Shown one piece after another: positions 36,278 to 46,910 of a stretch of 64,000 nt of DNA. A model generated the notes under the pieces. It was not told where the DNA came from. It ran no database searches and saw nothing but the letters and a program-made list of their open reading frames with translations. The first letter of the stretch is position 1. Every line of letters starts with the position of its first letter. The position numbers and the translations under genes were made by a program. The stretch is from an uncultured Actinomycetota bacterium (GTDB lineage: Bacteria > Actinomycetota > Actinomycetes > Mycobacteriales > Mycobacteriaceae): positions 730,933 through 794,932 of the forward strand of contig CAWASF010000019.1 in the NCBI GenBank assembly GCA_963784685.1, read 5' to 3'.

Positions 36278-36373
36278 GCAAACATGTGTACGTCCTGGTC
36301 GTCAGCGCCAACTGGGCACTGGCTATCGGTCTGCTGTGATGCCATGGCCGCGCCCGGGCTAAAGTCCCTTGCT

Positions 36374-37357
36374 ATGCGCTTTGGACTCTTCATTCCGCAG
36401 GGCTGGCGAATGGATCTCGTCGGCATCGAACCCGAGAAGCACTGGGCGGTGATGCGCGACCTCGCTACCTACGCGGACAACAGCGCATGGGATTCGCTGT
36501 GGGTCTACGACCACTTCCATACCGTCCCCGTGCCGACGGGCGAAGCCACTCACGAGGCGTGGTCGCTGATGGCGGCGTACGCGGCGACCACGATGCGGAT
36601 CAAGCTGGGCCAGATGTGCACGGCGATGAGCTACCGCAATCCGGTCTACCTGGCCAAGGTCGCGGCGACTGCCGACATCATCTCCGGCGGCCGGATTCAG
36701 ATGGGCATCGGCGCCGGGTGGTACGAACACGAGTGGCGCGCTTACGGTTACGGCTTTCCGTCGGCCGGGGTGCGGTTGGGCCGGCTGAATGAAGGTGTGC
36801 AGATCATGCGCGACGCCTGGCGCGACGGCAAAGTCAGCTTCGAAGGCGAGCACTACCAGGTCGACGGCGCCATCGTCGCCCCGAAGCCCTTGCAGGACAA
36901 CGGTATACCGCTGTGGATCGCCGGCGGCGGCGAGAAGGTGACGCTGCGCATCGCCGCGAAATACGCGCAGTACACCAACTTCACCCCGGAGCCCGAGGCG
37001 TTCGCCCACAAGTCGGAGGTGCTGGCACAGCACTGCCGCAAGCAGGGCACCGACTTCGACGCCATCGTGCGCTCGGCGAACTTCACCGCCGTCATCGGTA
37101 CCTCCGATGCCGACGTCAAGGACCGGCAGCAACGGGTGCGCGACCGGCTGGCCGGTTATGTCCCCGACGCCCTGGCGGATTCGATGAGCGCGGGCATGCC
37201 GGACTCGGCGACGGGCACTGCGGAACAGGTGGTCGAGCGGCTGACCAACATCCGCGACCTCGGCTGCGAATACGCGATCGTCTACTTCCCCGAGGCCGCG
37301 TACGACCGTTCCGGCATCGAGTTGTTCGAACGCGAAGTGATCCCCGCGCTCAGCTAG
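36374..37357 (+). CDS. luciferase-like monooxygenase (LLM) class, probably F420-dependent oxidoreductase (Rv1855c-family-like)
   Basis: ATG 36374 (MRFGLFIPQGWRMDL...SLWVYDHFHT...GIGAGWYEHEWRAYGY). The first 360 codons of ORF 35294-37357 are antisense to the monooxygenase gene and were discarded. Confidence 0.88.
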   Translation: MRFGLFIPQGWRMDLVGIEPEKHWAVMRDLATYADNSAWDSLWVYDHFHTVPVPTGEATHEAWSLMAAYAATTMRIKLGQMCTAMSYRNPVYLAKVAATADIISGGRIQMGIGAGWYEHEWRAYGYGFPSAGVRLGRLNEGVQIMRDAWRDGKVSFEGEHYQVDGAIVAPKPLQDNGIPLWIAGGGEKVTLRIAAKYAQYTNFTPEPEAFAHKSEVLAQHCRKQGTDFDAIVRSANFTAVIGTSDADVKDRQQRVRDRLAGYVPDALADSMSAGMPDSATGTAEQVVERLTNIRDLGCEYAIVYFPEAAYDRSGIELFEREVIPALS

Positions 37358-37653
37358 ATGTCGGTGGTGGTGTACCGGGTCTTCACAGGAGGCGCGGCCA
37401 GCAGGGGAGGAAGTTCGGTCACTTTGCCCTCGTTGGCACGAAACCTTCGGTACGCCTCGTCGTGCTCGACGTTCTCCCAGACCTCGTAGATGAGCCAGTG
37501 GGCTTCATCGTCCTGATCGACGAGGACGTCGGTACCGAGGTTCCCTTCGAACGCCCGGGTGACTTTGAGGGCCCGGCCCATGACGTCGCGCGCGGCAGGC
37601 ACTGCGTCGGGCTTGAGTTTCAGTTCGAGTATCACCGTGACTGGCATGGCCAT
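37354..37653 (-). CDS. antibiotic-biosynthesis-monooxygenase (ABM) domain protein
   Basis: About 100 aa of alpha+beta barrel type (PVTVILELKLKPD ... WLIYEVWENVEHDEAY). The start is ATG 37653 or 37647. The stops of this gene and the LLM gene overlap (CTAG). Confidence 0.7.
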   Translation of the reverse strand: MAMPVTVILELKLKPDAVPAARDVMGRALKVTRAFEGNLGTDVLVDQDDEAHWLIYEVWENVEHDEAYRRFRANEGKVTELPPLLAAPPVKTRYTTTDI

Positions 37654-37712
37654 AAAGATAGCCCCACAAGCCACAGCAGCACCGTGGGGAGACCCCATAC
37701 GATCTGCGGAAG

Positions 37713-37730
37713 GATAGCGCGGGCGCTATC
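37713..37730. promoter_or_regulatory. 18-bp palindrome GATAGCGC-GG-GCGCTATC
   Basis: Perfect 8-bp arms in the divergent region between the ABM gene and the DUF35-type gene. Confidence 0.3.
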
Positions 37731-37822
37731 GCTTTGCAGAGTCGCTCAATGGTCCTCTGAGATCGAGCCGCGAATGAGAATGTGGTTTCCACTTTTAACG
37801 AATGCTGTTGTACGGTTCAGTC

Positions 37823-38236
37823 ATGCAGAAGGCACTCGCCCCCGAAATCTCCACCTGGCCCGACGAGAGCCCGCAGCTGATCGGCAGCCGATGCGGCAAC
37901 TGTGGTGCCACCACGTTTCCGGTGCAGCAGTGGTGTCCGCGCTGCAGCGGCGACGAGATGACCGAGTTGTTGTTGCCCCGCCGCGGAACACTCGTGTCGT
38001 GGACCACCCAGGGCTTCCCGCCCGGCGCTCCCTTCGCCGGTCCGACCGGCAAGGATTTCGTGCCATTCGGCGTGGGCCTGGTTCAGCTGGGGGATGTGAT
38101 CCGAGTCGAGGGGCGGCTGACCGAGAACGATCCGGCCAAGATCCAGTTCGGCCAGGAGGTCGAGCTGACGATGGTGCCGTTGACCACCGACGACGACGGC
38201 AACGAGATCGTCACGTTCGCGTTCCAGCCGGTCTGA
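37823..38236 (+). CDS. Zn-ribbon / OB-fold protein (DUF35-type thiolase partner)
   Basis: CGNCGATTFPVQQWCPRCSG zinc ribbon followed by an OB-fold-like C-terminus. An alternative ATG is at 37802. It lies immediately upstream of a thiolase-like gene, as is usual for this family. Confidence 0.8.
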   Translation: MQKALAPEISTWPDESPQLIGSRCGNCGATTFPVQQWCPRCSGDEMTELLLPRRGTLVSWTTQGFPPGAPFAGPTGKDFVPFGVGLVQLGDVIRVEGRLTENDPAKIQFGQEVELTMVPLTTDDDGNEIVTFAFQPV

Positions 38237-38250
38237 GTAAGGAGCCTGAG

Positions 38251-39396
38251 ATGACTAACGATGTAGCCATCATCGGTGTGGGCCTGCACCCATTCGGCAG
38301 GTTCGAGAAGACCGCGATGCAGATGGGGGCCGAGGCGATCCGGTTCGCGCTCAAGGACGCCGGCGTGGACTGGAAGGACATCCAGTTCGGCTTCGGCGGC
38401 AGCCATGAGGTCTCCAACCCCGACGCGGTCACACGTCTGGTCGGACTGACCGGCATCACGTTCACCAACGTCTTCAACGCCTGCGCGACGGCGGCCAGCG
38501 CCATTCAGCAGACCGCGGACACCATCCGCTTGGGCAAGTACGACCTCGGCATCGCCATCGGCCTGGACAAGCACCCGCGCGGCGCGTTCACTGATGATCC
38601 CGCCAAGCTGGCGCTGCCGCAGTGGTATGCGCAGAACGGTCAGTTCGTTACCACCAAGTTCTTCGGCATGAAGGCCAACAAGTACCTGCACGACCACAAC
38701 ATCTCCCAAGCCACGCTGGCCAAGGTCGCCGCCAAGAACTTCCGTAACGGTGCACTGAACCCGAATGCCTTCCGCCGCAAGGCGATTCCCGAGGACGAGA
38801 TCCTCAACTCGGCAGTGCTGAACTACCCGCTGACGCAGTACATGTTCTGCGCTCCCGACGAGGGTGCCGCCGCCGTGATCATGTGCCGCGCGGACATGGC
38901 GCACAAATTCACCGACAAGCCGGTGTATGTGCGTGCCTGCGAGATCCGCACCCGCCGCTACGGCGCCTACGAGGTGCACGCCACTTTCGCGCCACTCGAC
39001 GAGGACGTCTCCCCGACGGTGTACGCGGCCAAAGCGGCCTACGAGGCCGCCGGCATCGGCCCCGAGGATGTCGACGTGGCCCAATTGCAGGACACCGACG
39101 CCGGTAACGAGGTCATCCACATGGCCGAGACCGGCCTGTGCGCCGACGGTGAGCAAGAGAAGCTGGTGGCCGACGGTGCCACCGAGATCCACGGCTCGAT
39201 GCCCGTCAACACCGACGGCGGCTTGATCGCAAACGGCGAGCCGATCGGGGCGTCGGGCCTGCGGCAGATGCACGAGCTGGTTCGCCAGCTGCGGGGCGAG
39301 GCGGGGGAGCGTCAGGTGCCGGGCAACCCGCGCGTCGGGTTGGCTCAGGTGTACGGCGCGCCCGGCACCGCGTCGGCGACCATCCTGTCGCTCTAG
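38251..39396 (+). CDS. thiolase-like lipid-transfer protein (SCP-x/Ltp-type)
   Basis: ATG 38251 preceded by AAGGAG. MTNDVAIIGVGLHPFGRFEKT... 381 aa. Only the last 381 codons of ORF 36913-39396 are taken as real. Confidence 0.88.
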   Translation: MTNDVAIIGVGLHPFGRFEKTAMQMGAEAIRFALKDAGVDWKDIQFGFGGSHEVSNPDAVTRLVGLTGITFTNVFNACATAASAIQQTADTIRLGKYDLGIAIGLDKHPRGAFTDDPAKLALPQWYAQNGQFVTTKFFGMKANKYLHDHNISQATLAKVAAKNFRNGALNPNAFRRKAIPEDEILNSAVLNYPLTQYMFCAPDEGAAAVIMCRADMAHKFTDKPVYVRACEIRTRRYGAYEVHATFAPLDEDVSPTVYAAKAAYEAAGIGPEDVDVAQLQDTDAGNEVIHMAETGLCADGEQEKLVADGATEIHGSMPVNTDGGLIANGEPIGASGLRQMHELVRQLRGEAGERQVPGNPRVGLAQVYGAPGTASATILSL

Positions 39397-39407
39397 AGCG
39401 CTGCAGC

Positions 39408-39467
39408 GCGAGCAGACGCAGAATCGCCTTAAAATGCTTCATTTTGTGCGACTCTGCGTCTGCTCGC
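39408..39467. terminator. long perfect hairpin between convergent genes (probable bidirectional terminator)
   Basis: 15-bp arms GCGAGCAGACGCAGA (39408-39422) and TCTGCGTCTGCTCGC (39453-39467), extendable by TCGC/GCGA, around an AT-rich loop. It fills the 73-bp gap between the two stop codons. Confidence 0.6.
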
Positions 39468-39469
39468 CG

Positions 39470-41119
39470 CTAAATGGCCGGGCCCAGCAGGTCGTCCGCG
39501 TCGCGGATGATGTAGCCGTAGCCCTGCTCGGCCAGGAAGCGTTGCCGGTGCGCGGCGTACTCGGTGTCCAGGCTGTCGCGGGCCACCACCGAATAGAAGA
39601 TGGCGCCGCCGCCGTCGGACTTGGGCCGCAATAGCCGGCCCAGCCGCTGGGCCTCCTCTTGACGTGAGCCGAATGTCCCCGAAACCTGAACCGCCACCGA
39701 CGCTTCCGGCAAGTCGATCGAGAAGTTGGCGACCTTGGACACCACCAGCGTGGACACCTCGCCGCGGCGGAAGGCGTCGAATAGCTCTTCGCGCTCGCGG
39801 GTCTTCGTTGCCCCCTGGATCACCGGGGCGTTAAGCACGGCGCCAAGCTCGTCGAGCTGATCCAGGTAGGCCCCGATCACCAGGGTCGGCTCGTCGGGGT
39901 GCCGGCTCAACACCGACTTGACCACGGCGATCTTCGAATGCGCGGTCGAGCAAACCCGGTAGCGCTCTTCGGGTTCCGAGGTCGCGTACACCATCCGCTC
40001 GTTGTCGGTCATGGTGACCCGCACTTCGACACATTCCGCCGGCGCGATCCAGCCCTGCGCCTCGATGTCCTTCCACGGCGCGTCATAACGCTTCGGGCCG
40101 ATCAGGGAAAACACGTCACCCTCGCGGCCGTCTTCGCGGATCAACGTGGCGGTCAGGCCCAGCCGCCGCTTGGACTGCAGGTCTGCGGTCATCCGGAAAA
40201 CCGGTGCCGGCAGGAGGTGCACCTCGTCGTAGATGATCAGCCCCCAGTCGCGACTGTCGAAGAGCTCCAGGTGCCGGTACTCGCCCTTGGTGCGGCGGGT
40301 GATCATCTGGTACGTCGAGATGGTGACGGGCCGGATCTCCTTGCGTTCCCCGGAGTATTCGCCGATCTCCCCCTCCGTCAGCGAGGTGCGCGCGACCAGT
40401 TCGCGCTTCCATTGCCGGGCGGCAACGATGTTGGTGACCAGAATCAGCGTCGTCGCGCCGGCTTTCGCCATCGCGGCCGCTCCGACCAGCGTCTTGCCGG
40501 CGCCGCACGGCAGTACCACCACCCCCGAACCGCCGGCCCAGAACGAATCCGCGGCCATCTGTTGATAGTCGCGCAGGTGCCAGCCGTCCTGGTGCAGGCT
40601 GATCGGGTGGGCCTCACCATCGACGTAACCGGCCAAATCCTCTGCGGGCCAACCGATTTTGAGCAACATCTGCTTGACCCTGCCGCGCTCGCTGGCGTGG
40701 ACGACGACGATGTCATCGTCGATTCGGGCGCCCAGCATCGGCGCAATCTTCTTGTTGCGCAGCACCTCCTCGAGCACCGCGCGATCCAGGCTCACCAGCG
40801 TCAGGCCGTGCGCCGGGTGTTTGACCAGCTGCAGCCGGCCATAGCGGGCCATGGTGTCGACGATGTCGACCAGCAGCGGCTGGGGGACCGCGTAGCGGGA
40901 GAAGCTGACCAGCGCGTCGACGACCTGTTCGGCGTCATGGCCGGCGGCGCGGGCGTTCCACAACGCCAGCGGCGTGATGCGGTAGGTGTGCACGTGTTCC
41001 GGGGCGCGCTCCAGCTCGGCGAACGGCGCGATGGCGGCGCGCGCGGCGCCGGCCAGCTCGTGGTCCACTTCGAGCAGCACCGTCTTGTCGGATTGCACGA
41101 TCAACGGTCCGTCGGTCAT
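39470..41119 (-). CDS. ercc3: XPB/Ercc3-type superfamily-2 DNA helicase
   Basis: Walker A LPCGAGKT, DEVH box, TATLIREDG (motif III plus RED motif). 549 aa. Position corresponds to Rv0861c. Confidence 0.95.
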   Translation of the reverse strand: MTDGPLIVQSDKTVLLEVDHELAGAARAAIAPFAELERAPEHVHTYRITPLALWNARAAGHDAEQVVDALVSFSRYAVPQPLLVDIVDTMARYGRLQLVKHPAHGLTLVSLDRAVLEEVLRNKKIAPMLGARIDDDIVVVHASERGRVKQMLLKIGWPAEDLAGYVDGEAHPISLHQDGWHLRDYQQMAADSFWAGGSGVVVLPCGAGKTLVGAAAMAKAGATTLILVTNIVAARQWKRELVARTSLTEGEIGEYSGERKEIRPVTISTYQMITRRTKGEYRHLELFDSRDWGLIIYDEVHLLPAPVFRMTADLQSKRRLGLTATLIREDGREGDVFSLIGPKRYDAPWKDIEAQGWIAPAECVEVRVTMTDNERMVYATSEPEERYRVCSTAHSKIAVVKSVLSRHPDEPTLVIGAYLDQLDELGAVLNAPVIQGATKTREREELFDAFRRGEVSTLVVSKVANFSIDLPEASVAVQVSGTFGSRQEEAQRLGRLLRPKSDGGGAIFYSVVARDSLDTEYAAHRQRFLAEQGYGYIIRDADDLLGPAI

Positions 41120-41130
41120 AGATCCATTAT

Positions 41131-43383
41131 TCAGTCGTCCCCCGACACCACCGACGTGATGCGGTGGATGGCGAAGTCGCGCAGCCGCCCGGACGCCGAA
41201 TCGAAGGCCACCAGCTGCCCGCCCCGGACGCTGACCGGGGACACCACCCGCTGGGTGGCCACGCCGGCGGCGTCGAGGTAGCCGATCACCAACGTGTCCT
41301 GGTCCTTGGCCGCGCGCTGCAGCAGCGACATGGTGACCGCCGGGTCGATGCGGGCATTGCCGAAGGGCGCCGCGGTCACCTTGCGCAGCACCGAGACGAC
41401 GGCATTCAGCGTCTCGCCGCTGGGGCGCGGCGGGGGACGGTGCGAGCGGCGGCGCTGCGGTGTGGGCACCCTGGCCCCGCGAGGCCGGAGATCGACGATC
41501 GAGCCGGAGGAATCTTCGGCGGCCGGGGCGAAGCCCGCGCCCCGCAACGCGACGAGGACCTCCGCGATCGGCGCGGGTGACACCGCGACCGTCGGCGCCA
41601 GGGCACGTAGCTGCAGCCTTTCGGCGGTCGCCGCCACCGCCTGGGCCAGCAAGGCCGGGTCCTCGCAGCGCACGAACGAGGAGGCCATGCCGATTCGAAG
41701 TTGGCCATGCCGACGCGCGACATCGTCGATGAGGTATGTGAGTCCTTGCGGCACAGGTGTTTTGGAGTGCCTGGCGAAAAGGTCATGCATCCAGTCACGG
41801 GTTTTGCCGATGTCCAGAGCGTGCCGGATCGACTGATCGCTGATGCGGTACACCATTGCCGTGCCGGCCGATTCGACGGTGGCGACCGTGGCCAGGTCGT
41901 CGGCGAGGTCACGCCGGAGCGGACCGGGCACGACGACGGTCAGGTCGGCCTGCACGAGGAAGTGGTCGATCGGCGCGGGCATCGCCCGGTTCATCGCCTG
42001 GACCGCCTTCTCGGGGTCGCCGGGTTCGGCGAGCAGTGCACGGCCCGGCGCGCTGATCGCCCCGCGACCCACCAGGCCCAGTGCGTGGCCCTCGGCCAGC
42101 AAATCGGCCACGGGTTGCGGCTGCAGCCGCCTGGCCCAGCGCGGGCGTCGCCAGATCAGCGCCGCCGAGGCCGCGGCCGCATCGACGCCGGCGCCGGGCG
42201 GGAGCTCGAAGAGCATGCCCAGCAGCAGCCGGCGGTCAAGCGGCGCGGCCGTCGAGTACAGCGAATCCGTCAGGGCCCCATAGGTTTTACCGTCGGGGCC
42301 GCGACTGCCGATCAACGCCGGGCGGCCGGGCAGATCCAGCCAGGTGCTGGCCAGCAGGTGCCAACGCTCGCCGGCGGAGATCGCGGCGAACCGCTCGGTG
42401 GCCATGGTGGGCGCCCAATGCGGTGGGTCACCGGCGGCCGGCTCCGGATCGGGCGTGCCGCTGGCGATCAATCCGGCCGCATTGGCGACCTCGAGGATCA
42501 GGCCGAGCCGCGGCTCGTCGATCCCCGTCGCTTTGGCCAGCCGCTTGACGTCACGAATTCCCAGCCCGCCGACGCGAAGCTCGGAAACAGGTGCGGCGCC
42601 GAGCGTTTGCAGCACTACATCGAGTTCTCGCAGCAGGTCGATGACCGCTCCGGCGGCCGCCGCATCGACGTCGTCGGGAGTAGTGGTCGACACCACCGGA
42701 TCGGGCGCCGTGAGCTGCATTGGACCGGGGTGCTCGCCGCGCAGCACCTGCCCGACGTGGCGTGGCAGGATCACCGTTTCGGCATCGATGCGTCGCAGCA
42801 GCCCCGTCGCGAGCAGCTGAGGCACCGGCCGATCCGCCGGGGCACCCGGCGCGGCGTCGCGGGTACGGCCCATCGGGGAACCTTCGAGCAGTTTGTCGAG
42901 CACGTCGAGCTGTGCCTCGTTCAGCCGGTCGATGAGACCGGCGATCTGTTCGCCGGTGCGTGCGCTGTCCTCGAGCGTGACTTGCCCCGGATGCCAGGGC
43001 AGCGCCGTGCCGGCGTCGGCGGCCACCCGGACCGCGGCCTCGCCCCAGACCAGGGCGCGCTGCCTCAGGTCGTCCAGCGCGCCGACCACGTCGGCCTCGG
43101 GCGCGCGCTCGCCGATGAGTGCCAACAGCTTCGCGGTCGGCACCGGCGCCGAATCGGCTTGCAGCACCACCAGTGCGTCGAGTACCGCCAGCCGCAAGAA
43201 GTCGAGATCGTCGGTGGCAGCCTTGACCGACTGACGGGCCTGTGCGCGCGCGGCCAGTGCAGCGATGCTGCCGGGCGGCGGCTGGGCGAGGTCTGGCCGC
43301 AGTTCCAGCAGCCGGATCAGCCGCTCGTCGGGCAAGTCGGCCAGCCAGGACCCCAGCGGGATATCCGGGGTGTTGTCGGTCAT
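41131..43383 (-). CDS. large conserved XPB-associated protein (Rv0862c-like), function unknown
   Basis: 750 aa, ending 11 nt upstream of the XPB gene start and co-directional with it. I recognised no catalytic motifs. Confidence 0.85.
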   Translation of the reverse strand: MTDNTPDIPLGSWLADLPDERLIRLLELRPDLAQPPPGSIAALAARAQARQSVKAATDDLDFLRLAVLDALVVLQADSAPVPTAKLLALIGERAPEADVVGALDDLRQRALVWGEAAVRVAADAGTALPWHPGQVTLEDSARTGEQIAGLIDRLNEAQLDVLDKLLEGSPMGRTRDAAPGAPADRPVPQLLATGLLRRIDAETVILPRHVGQVLRGEHPGPMQLTAPDPVVSTTTPDDVDAAAAGAVIDLLRELDVVLQTLGAAPVSELRVGGLGIRDVKRLAKATGIDEPRLGLILEVANAAGLIASGTPDPEPAAGDPPHWAPTMATERFAAISAGERWHLLASTWLDLPGRPALIGSRGPDGKTYGALTDSLYSTAAPLDRRLLLGMLFELPPGAGVDAAAASAALIWRRPRWARRLQPQPVADLLAEGHALGLVGRGAISAPGRALLAEPGDPEKAVQAMNRAMPAPIDHFLVQADLTVVVPGPLRRDLADDLATVATVESAGTAMVYRISDQSIRHALDIGKTRDWMHDLFARHSKTPVPQGLTYLIDDVARRHGQLRIGMASSFVRCEDPALLAQAVAATAERLQLRALAPTVAVSPAPIAEVLVALRGAGFAPAAEDSSGSIVDLRPRGARVPTPQRRRSHRPPPRPSGETLNAVVSVLRKVTAAPFGNARIDPAVTMSLLQRAAKDQDTLVIGYLDAAGVATQRVVSPVSVRGGQLVAFDSASGRLRDFAIHRITSVVSGDD

Positions 43384-43431
43384 CGCTGACCAGCGTAAAG
43401 CAGTCGGCGTAGTCCAAGGCCGCCGTCAGGA

Positions 43432-43713
43432 GTGCTGGGCCTTGCATTTCGCGCGGCCCCGCGACCTGTCAGAATGTACCCCGTGGCTGACATTGCTGAG
43501 GGCAACGCACGCAAAAGCAAGATTTCGTGGTCGGCGTTGGGACCCGATGACTACATCGACAACGGCTGGCCGACGACGGACCCGGACGACCACGCGGTGA
43601 GCGAACTGGTGACCGATCGCACCGGGGCGTTATCGCCCTTCGGTGAGCTGGTCTTTCCTATTCCGCCGACCGATTTGCCCTACATCCACCCGGTCACCGT
43701 CGTCAACCGGTAG
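43432..43713 (+). CDS. conserved hypothetical protein (Rv0863-like)
   Basis: 93-aa ORF at the position of Rv0863. An alternative ATG is at 43474. No motif support. Confidence 0.5.
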   Translation: MLGLAFRAAPRPVRMYPVADIAEGNARKSKISWSALGPDDYIDNGWPTTDPDDHAVSELVTDRTGALSPFGELVFPIPPTDLPYIHPVTVVNR

Positions 43714-43722
43714 GTCGCTCGG

Positions 43723-44253
43723 ATGGCTAAGGCGTCTGAGGCCTCTGAGGCCTCGGCGGCGTGGGGATCGGGGAAATCCCGTCCGGACACGCTGTCGCAC
43801 CTCGACGAGCGGGGGGCGGCGCACATGGTCGATGTCACGGAGAAGGGAGCCACCAAGCGCACCGCCGTTGCCGCGGGCGCGCTGCGTACCTCGCAGCGGG
43901 TGGTGGGGCTGCTCTCCACGGGCGGCTTGCCCAAGGGCGATGCGTTGGCTACCGCACGGGTGGCCGGCATTCTGGCTGCGAAGCGCACCAGTGACCTGAT
44001 CCCGCTGTGCCATCAGCTCGCGCTTACCGGGGTCGACGTCGATTTCGCCGTCGGCGAGTCGGATATCGAGATCACCGCGACGGTGCGCGGCACCGACCGG
44101 ACGGGGGTGGAAATGGAAGCGCTGACCGCAGTCAGCGTGGCCGGGCTCACGCTCTACGACATGATCAAAGCGGTTGATCCGGCCGCGCGCATCGATGACA
44201 TTCGGGTTCTCCGCAAGGAGGGCGGCAAGACCGGAGCGTGGGCACGGCAGTGA
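43723..44253 (+). CDS. moaC: cyclic pyranopterin monophosphate synthase accessory protein MoaC
   Basis: [25 protein letters not shown] ... conserved MoaC core. The N-terminus carries a small ASEASEAS repeat. Confidence 0.95.
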   Translation: MAKASEASEASAAWGSGKSRPDTLSHLDERGAAHMVDVTEKGATKRTAVAAGALRTSQRVVGLLSTGGLPKGDALATARVAGILAAKRTSDLIPLCHQLALTGVDVDFAVGESDIEITATVRGTDRTGVEMEALTAVSVAGLTLYDMIKAVDPAARIDDIRVLRKEGGKTGAWARQ

Positions 44254-44741
44254 CCACCCAGAGCGCCCGATCCGCACGAGTCATCATCGCCTCGACCCGC
44301 GCGTCGACCGGTGACTACGACGACAATTGCGGGCCGATCATCGCTGAATGGCTCGAGCAGCGCGGCTTTTCGCCCGTGCAGCCCGAGGTGGTCGCCGACG
44401 GCGAGCCGGTCGGCGAAGCGTTGCGCAAAGCGGTCGACGCCGGAATCGACGTGATCATCACGTCGGGCGGTACGGGCATCTCGCCCAGCGACAGCACCCC
44501 GGATCAGACCGTGGCGGTGCTCGACTACATGATTCCCGGGCTGGCCGACGCCATCCGTCGCTCCGGGCTGCCGAAGGTGCCGACGTCGGTGCTGTCGCGC
44601 GGTGTATGCGGTGTGGCCGGCCGGACGTTGATCGTCAATCTGCCGGGTTCGCCGGGCGGGGTGCGCGACGGCCTCGGGGTGCTGGCCGATGTGCTCGACC
44701 ACGCGCTCGATCAACTCGCCGGCGGGGATCACCAGCGATGA
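44250..44741 (+). CDS. mog: molybdopterin adenylyltransferase MogA
   Basis: GTG 44250 overlaps the moaC stop (GTGA). An alternative ATG is at 44238. MoCF-biosynthesis motif [16 protein letters not shown]. Confidence 0.9.
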   Translation: MTTQSARSARVIIASTRASTGDYDDNCGPIIAEWLEQRGFSPVQPEVVADGEPVGEALRKAVDAGIDVIITSGGTGISPSDSTPDQTVAVLDYMIPGLADAIRRSGLPKVPTSVLSRGVCGVAGRTLIVNLPGSPGGVRDGLGVLADVLDHALDQLAGGDHQR

Positions 44742-45163
44742 CGCGCGTCTTGCGCGCCGCCATGACGGAAGAGCCGATCTTTCTCGCCGAGCACGAACAG
44801 TTGGTGGGGCATCAGTCGGCCGGAGCCATCGTCGGATTCGTTGGCATGATCCGCGATCATGACGGCGGCCGGCGCGTGGTGAGGTTGGAGTATTCCGCGC
44901 ACCCGACGGCCGCGCAGGTCATCGCGGACGTGGTAGCCGATGTCGCCGAGGAGTCCTCCGGAGTGCGGGCCGTCGCGGCCAGTCACCGCGTCGGCGCGCT
45001 GCACATCGGTGAGGCGGCGCTGGTTGCCGCGGTCGCCGCCGACCATCGGCAGGCGGCATTCGACACCTGCGCCCGTCTGGTCGACACCATCAAGGCGCGG
45101 CTACCGGTGTGGAAGCACCAGTTCTTCGACGACGGAACCGAAGAATGGGTGGGCTCGGCCTAA
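44738..45163 (+). CDS. moaE: molybdopterin synthase catalytic subunit MoaE
   Basis: ATGA overlap with the mog stop. 141 aa. [28 protein letters not shown]. Confidence 0.9.
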   Translation: MTRVLRAAMTEEPIFLAEHEQLVGHQSAGAIVGFVGMIRDHDGGRRVVRLEYSAHPTAAQVIADVVADVAEESSGVRAVAASHRVGALHIGEAALVAAVAADHRQAAFDTCARLVDTIKARLPVWKHQFFDDGTEEWVGSA

Positions 45164-45197
45164 ACCGCGCCGAGCAATCCGACCATAAGCGCGGGCG

Positions 45198-46425
<1,228 letters not shown>

Positions 46426-46627
46426 AGGTACGCCACCGGTTGCTTGGCGAGCCTCCGCAGACGCTAGCGGTTTCTGTTGGTCTCGTCACGTTGAGCGAAA
46501 CCCGGCGTTTCCCCCACGGCCATCTATCAAAACGCCAGGAACACTAAGGATTTGCGCTGGTCATACCATCCGAGATCGGAGCGTGTCCGCGCCGTTATCA
46601 TTCCGTTACGTGAGGTATCTCACATTC

Positions 46628-46906
46628 TCATCCGCCGGCGAACGGCGGCAGAACGTCGATCGTGTTACCGGATCGCAACGCTTTGGTCTCGTCGCGAACG
46701 GCGATTCCGTCGCACAGGTAGGAGCATCGACTCAACACTGTCGCCAGACGAGTTCCCCGGACCGCAAGCCTGTCGACCAACTCCGCCACCGTGGTGCCCG
46801 GACGCACGACCAGCGTTTCCGATTCGGCTCCCGCGGCCGCGTGCGCGGCGGCGAAGTACCGAACCGTCACCGTTATTCCGTCTGCCTCCACAGGCGTTTG
46901 ACCCAT
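46628..46906 (-). CDS. moaD: molybdopterin synthase sulfur-carrier subunit MoaD
   Basis: ThiS/MoaD-size protein ending in ...PPFAGG. ATG 46906 was chosen (92 aa); a GTG alternative is at 46918. Confidence 0.88.
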   Translation of the reverse strand: MGQTPVEADGITVTVRYFAAAHAAAGAESETLVVRPGTTVAELVDRLAVRGTRLATVLSRCSYLCDGIAVRDETKALRSGNTIDVLPPFAGG

Positions 46907-46910
46907 CGGG

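Noticed and set aside
35294-36373. N-terminal 360 codons of the 687-aa ORF 35294-37357
   Set aside because: This part is antisense to the FAD monooxygenase gene and to the small ORF. The LLM domain begins at ATG 36374 with a canonical MRFGLFIPQGW N-terminus.
36913-38250. N-terminal 446 codons of the 827-aa ORF 36913-39396
   Set aside because: An out-of-frame run across the LLM, ABM and DUF35 genes. The thiolase-like protein starts at ATG 38251 behind an AAGGAG SD sequence.
38083-43389. Long ORFs 38083-39273 (-), 39899-41281 (+) and 41701-43389 (+)
   Set aside because: Antisense to the thiolase-like, XPB and Rv0862c-like genes respectively. Arg/Gly/Asp/His-rich, with no recognisable domains.
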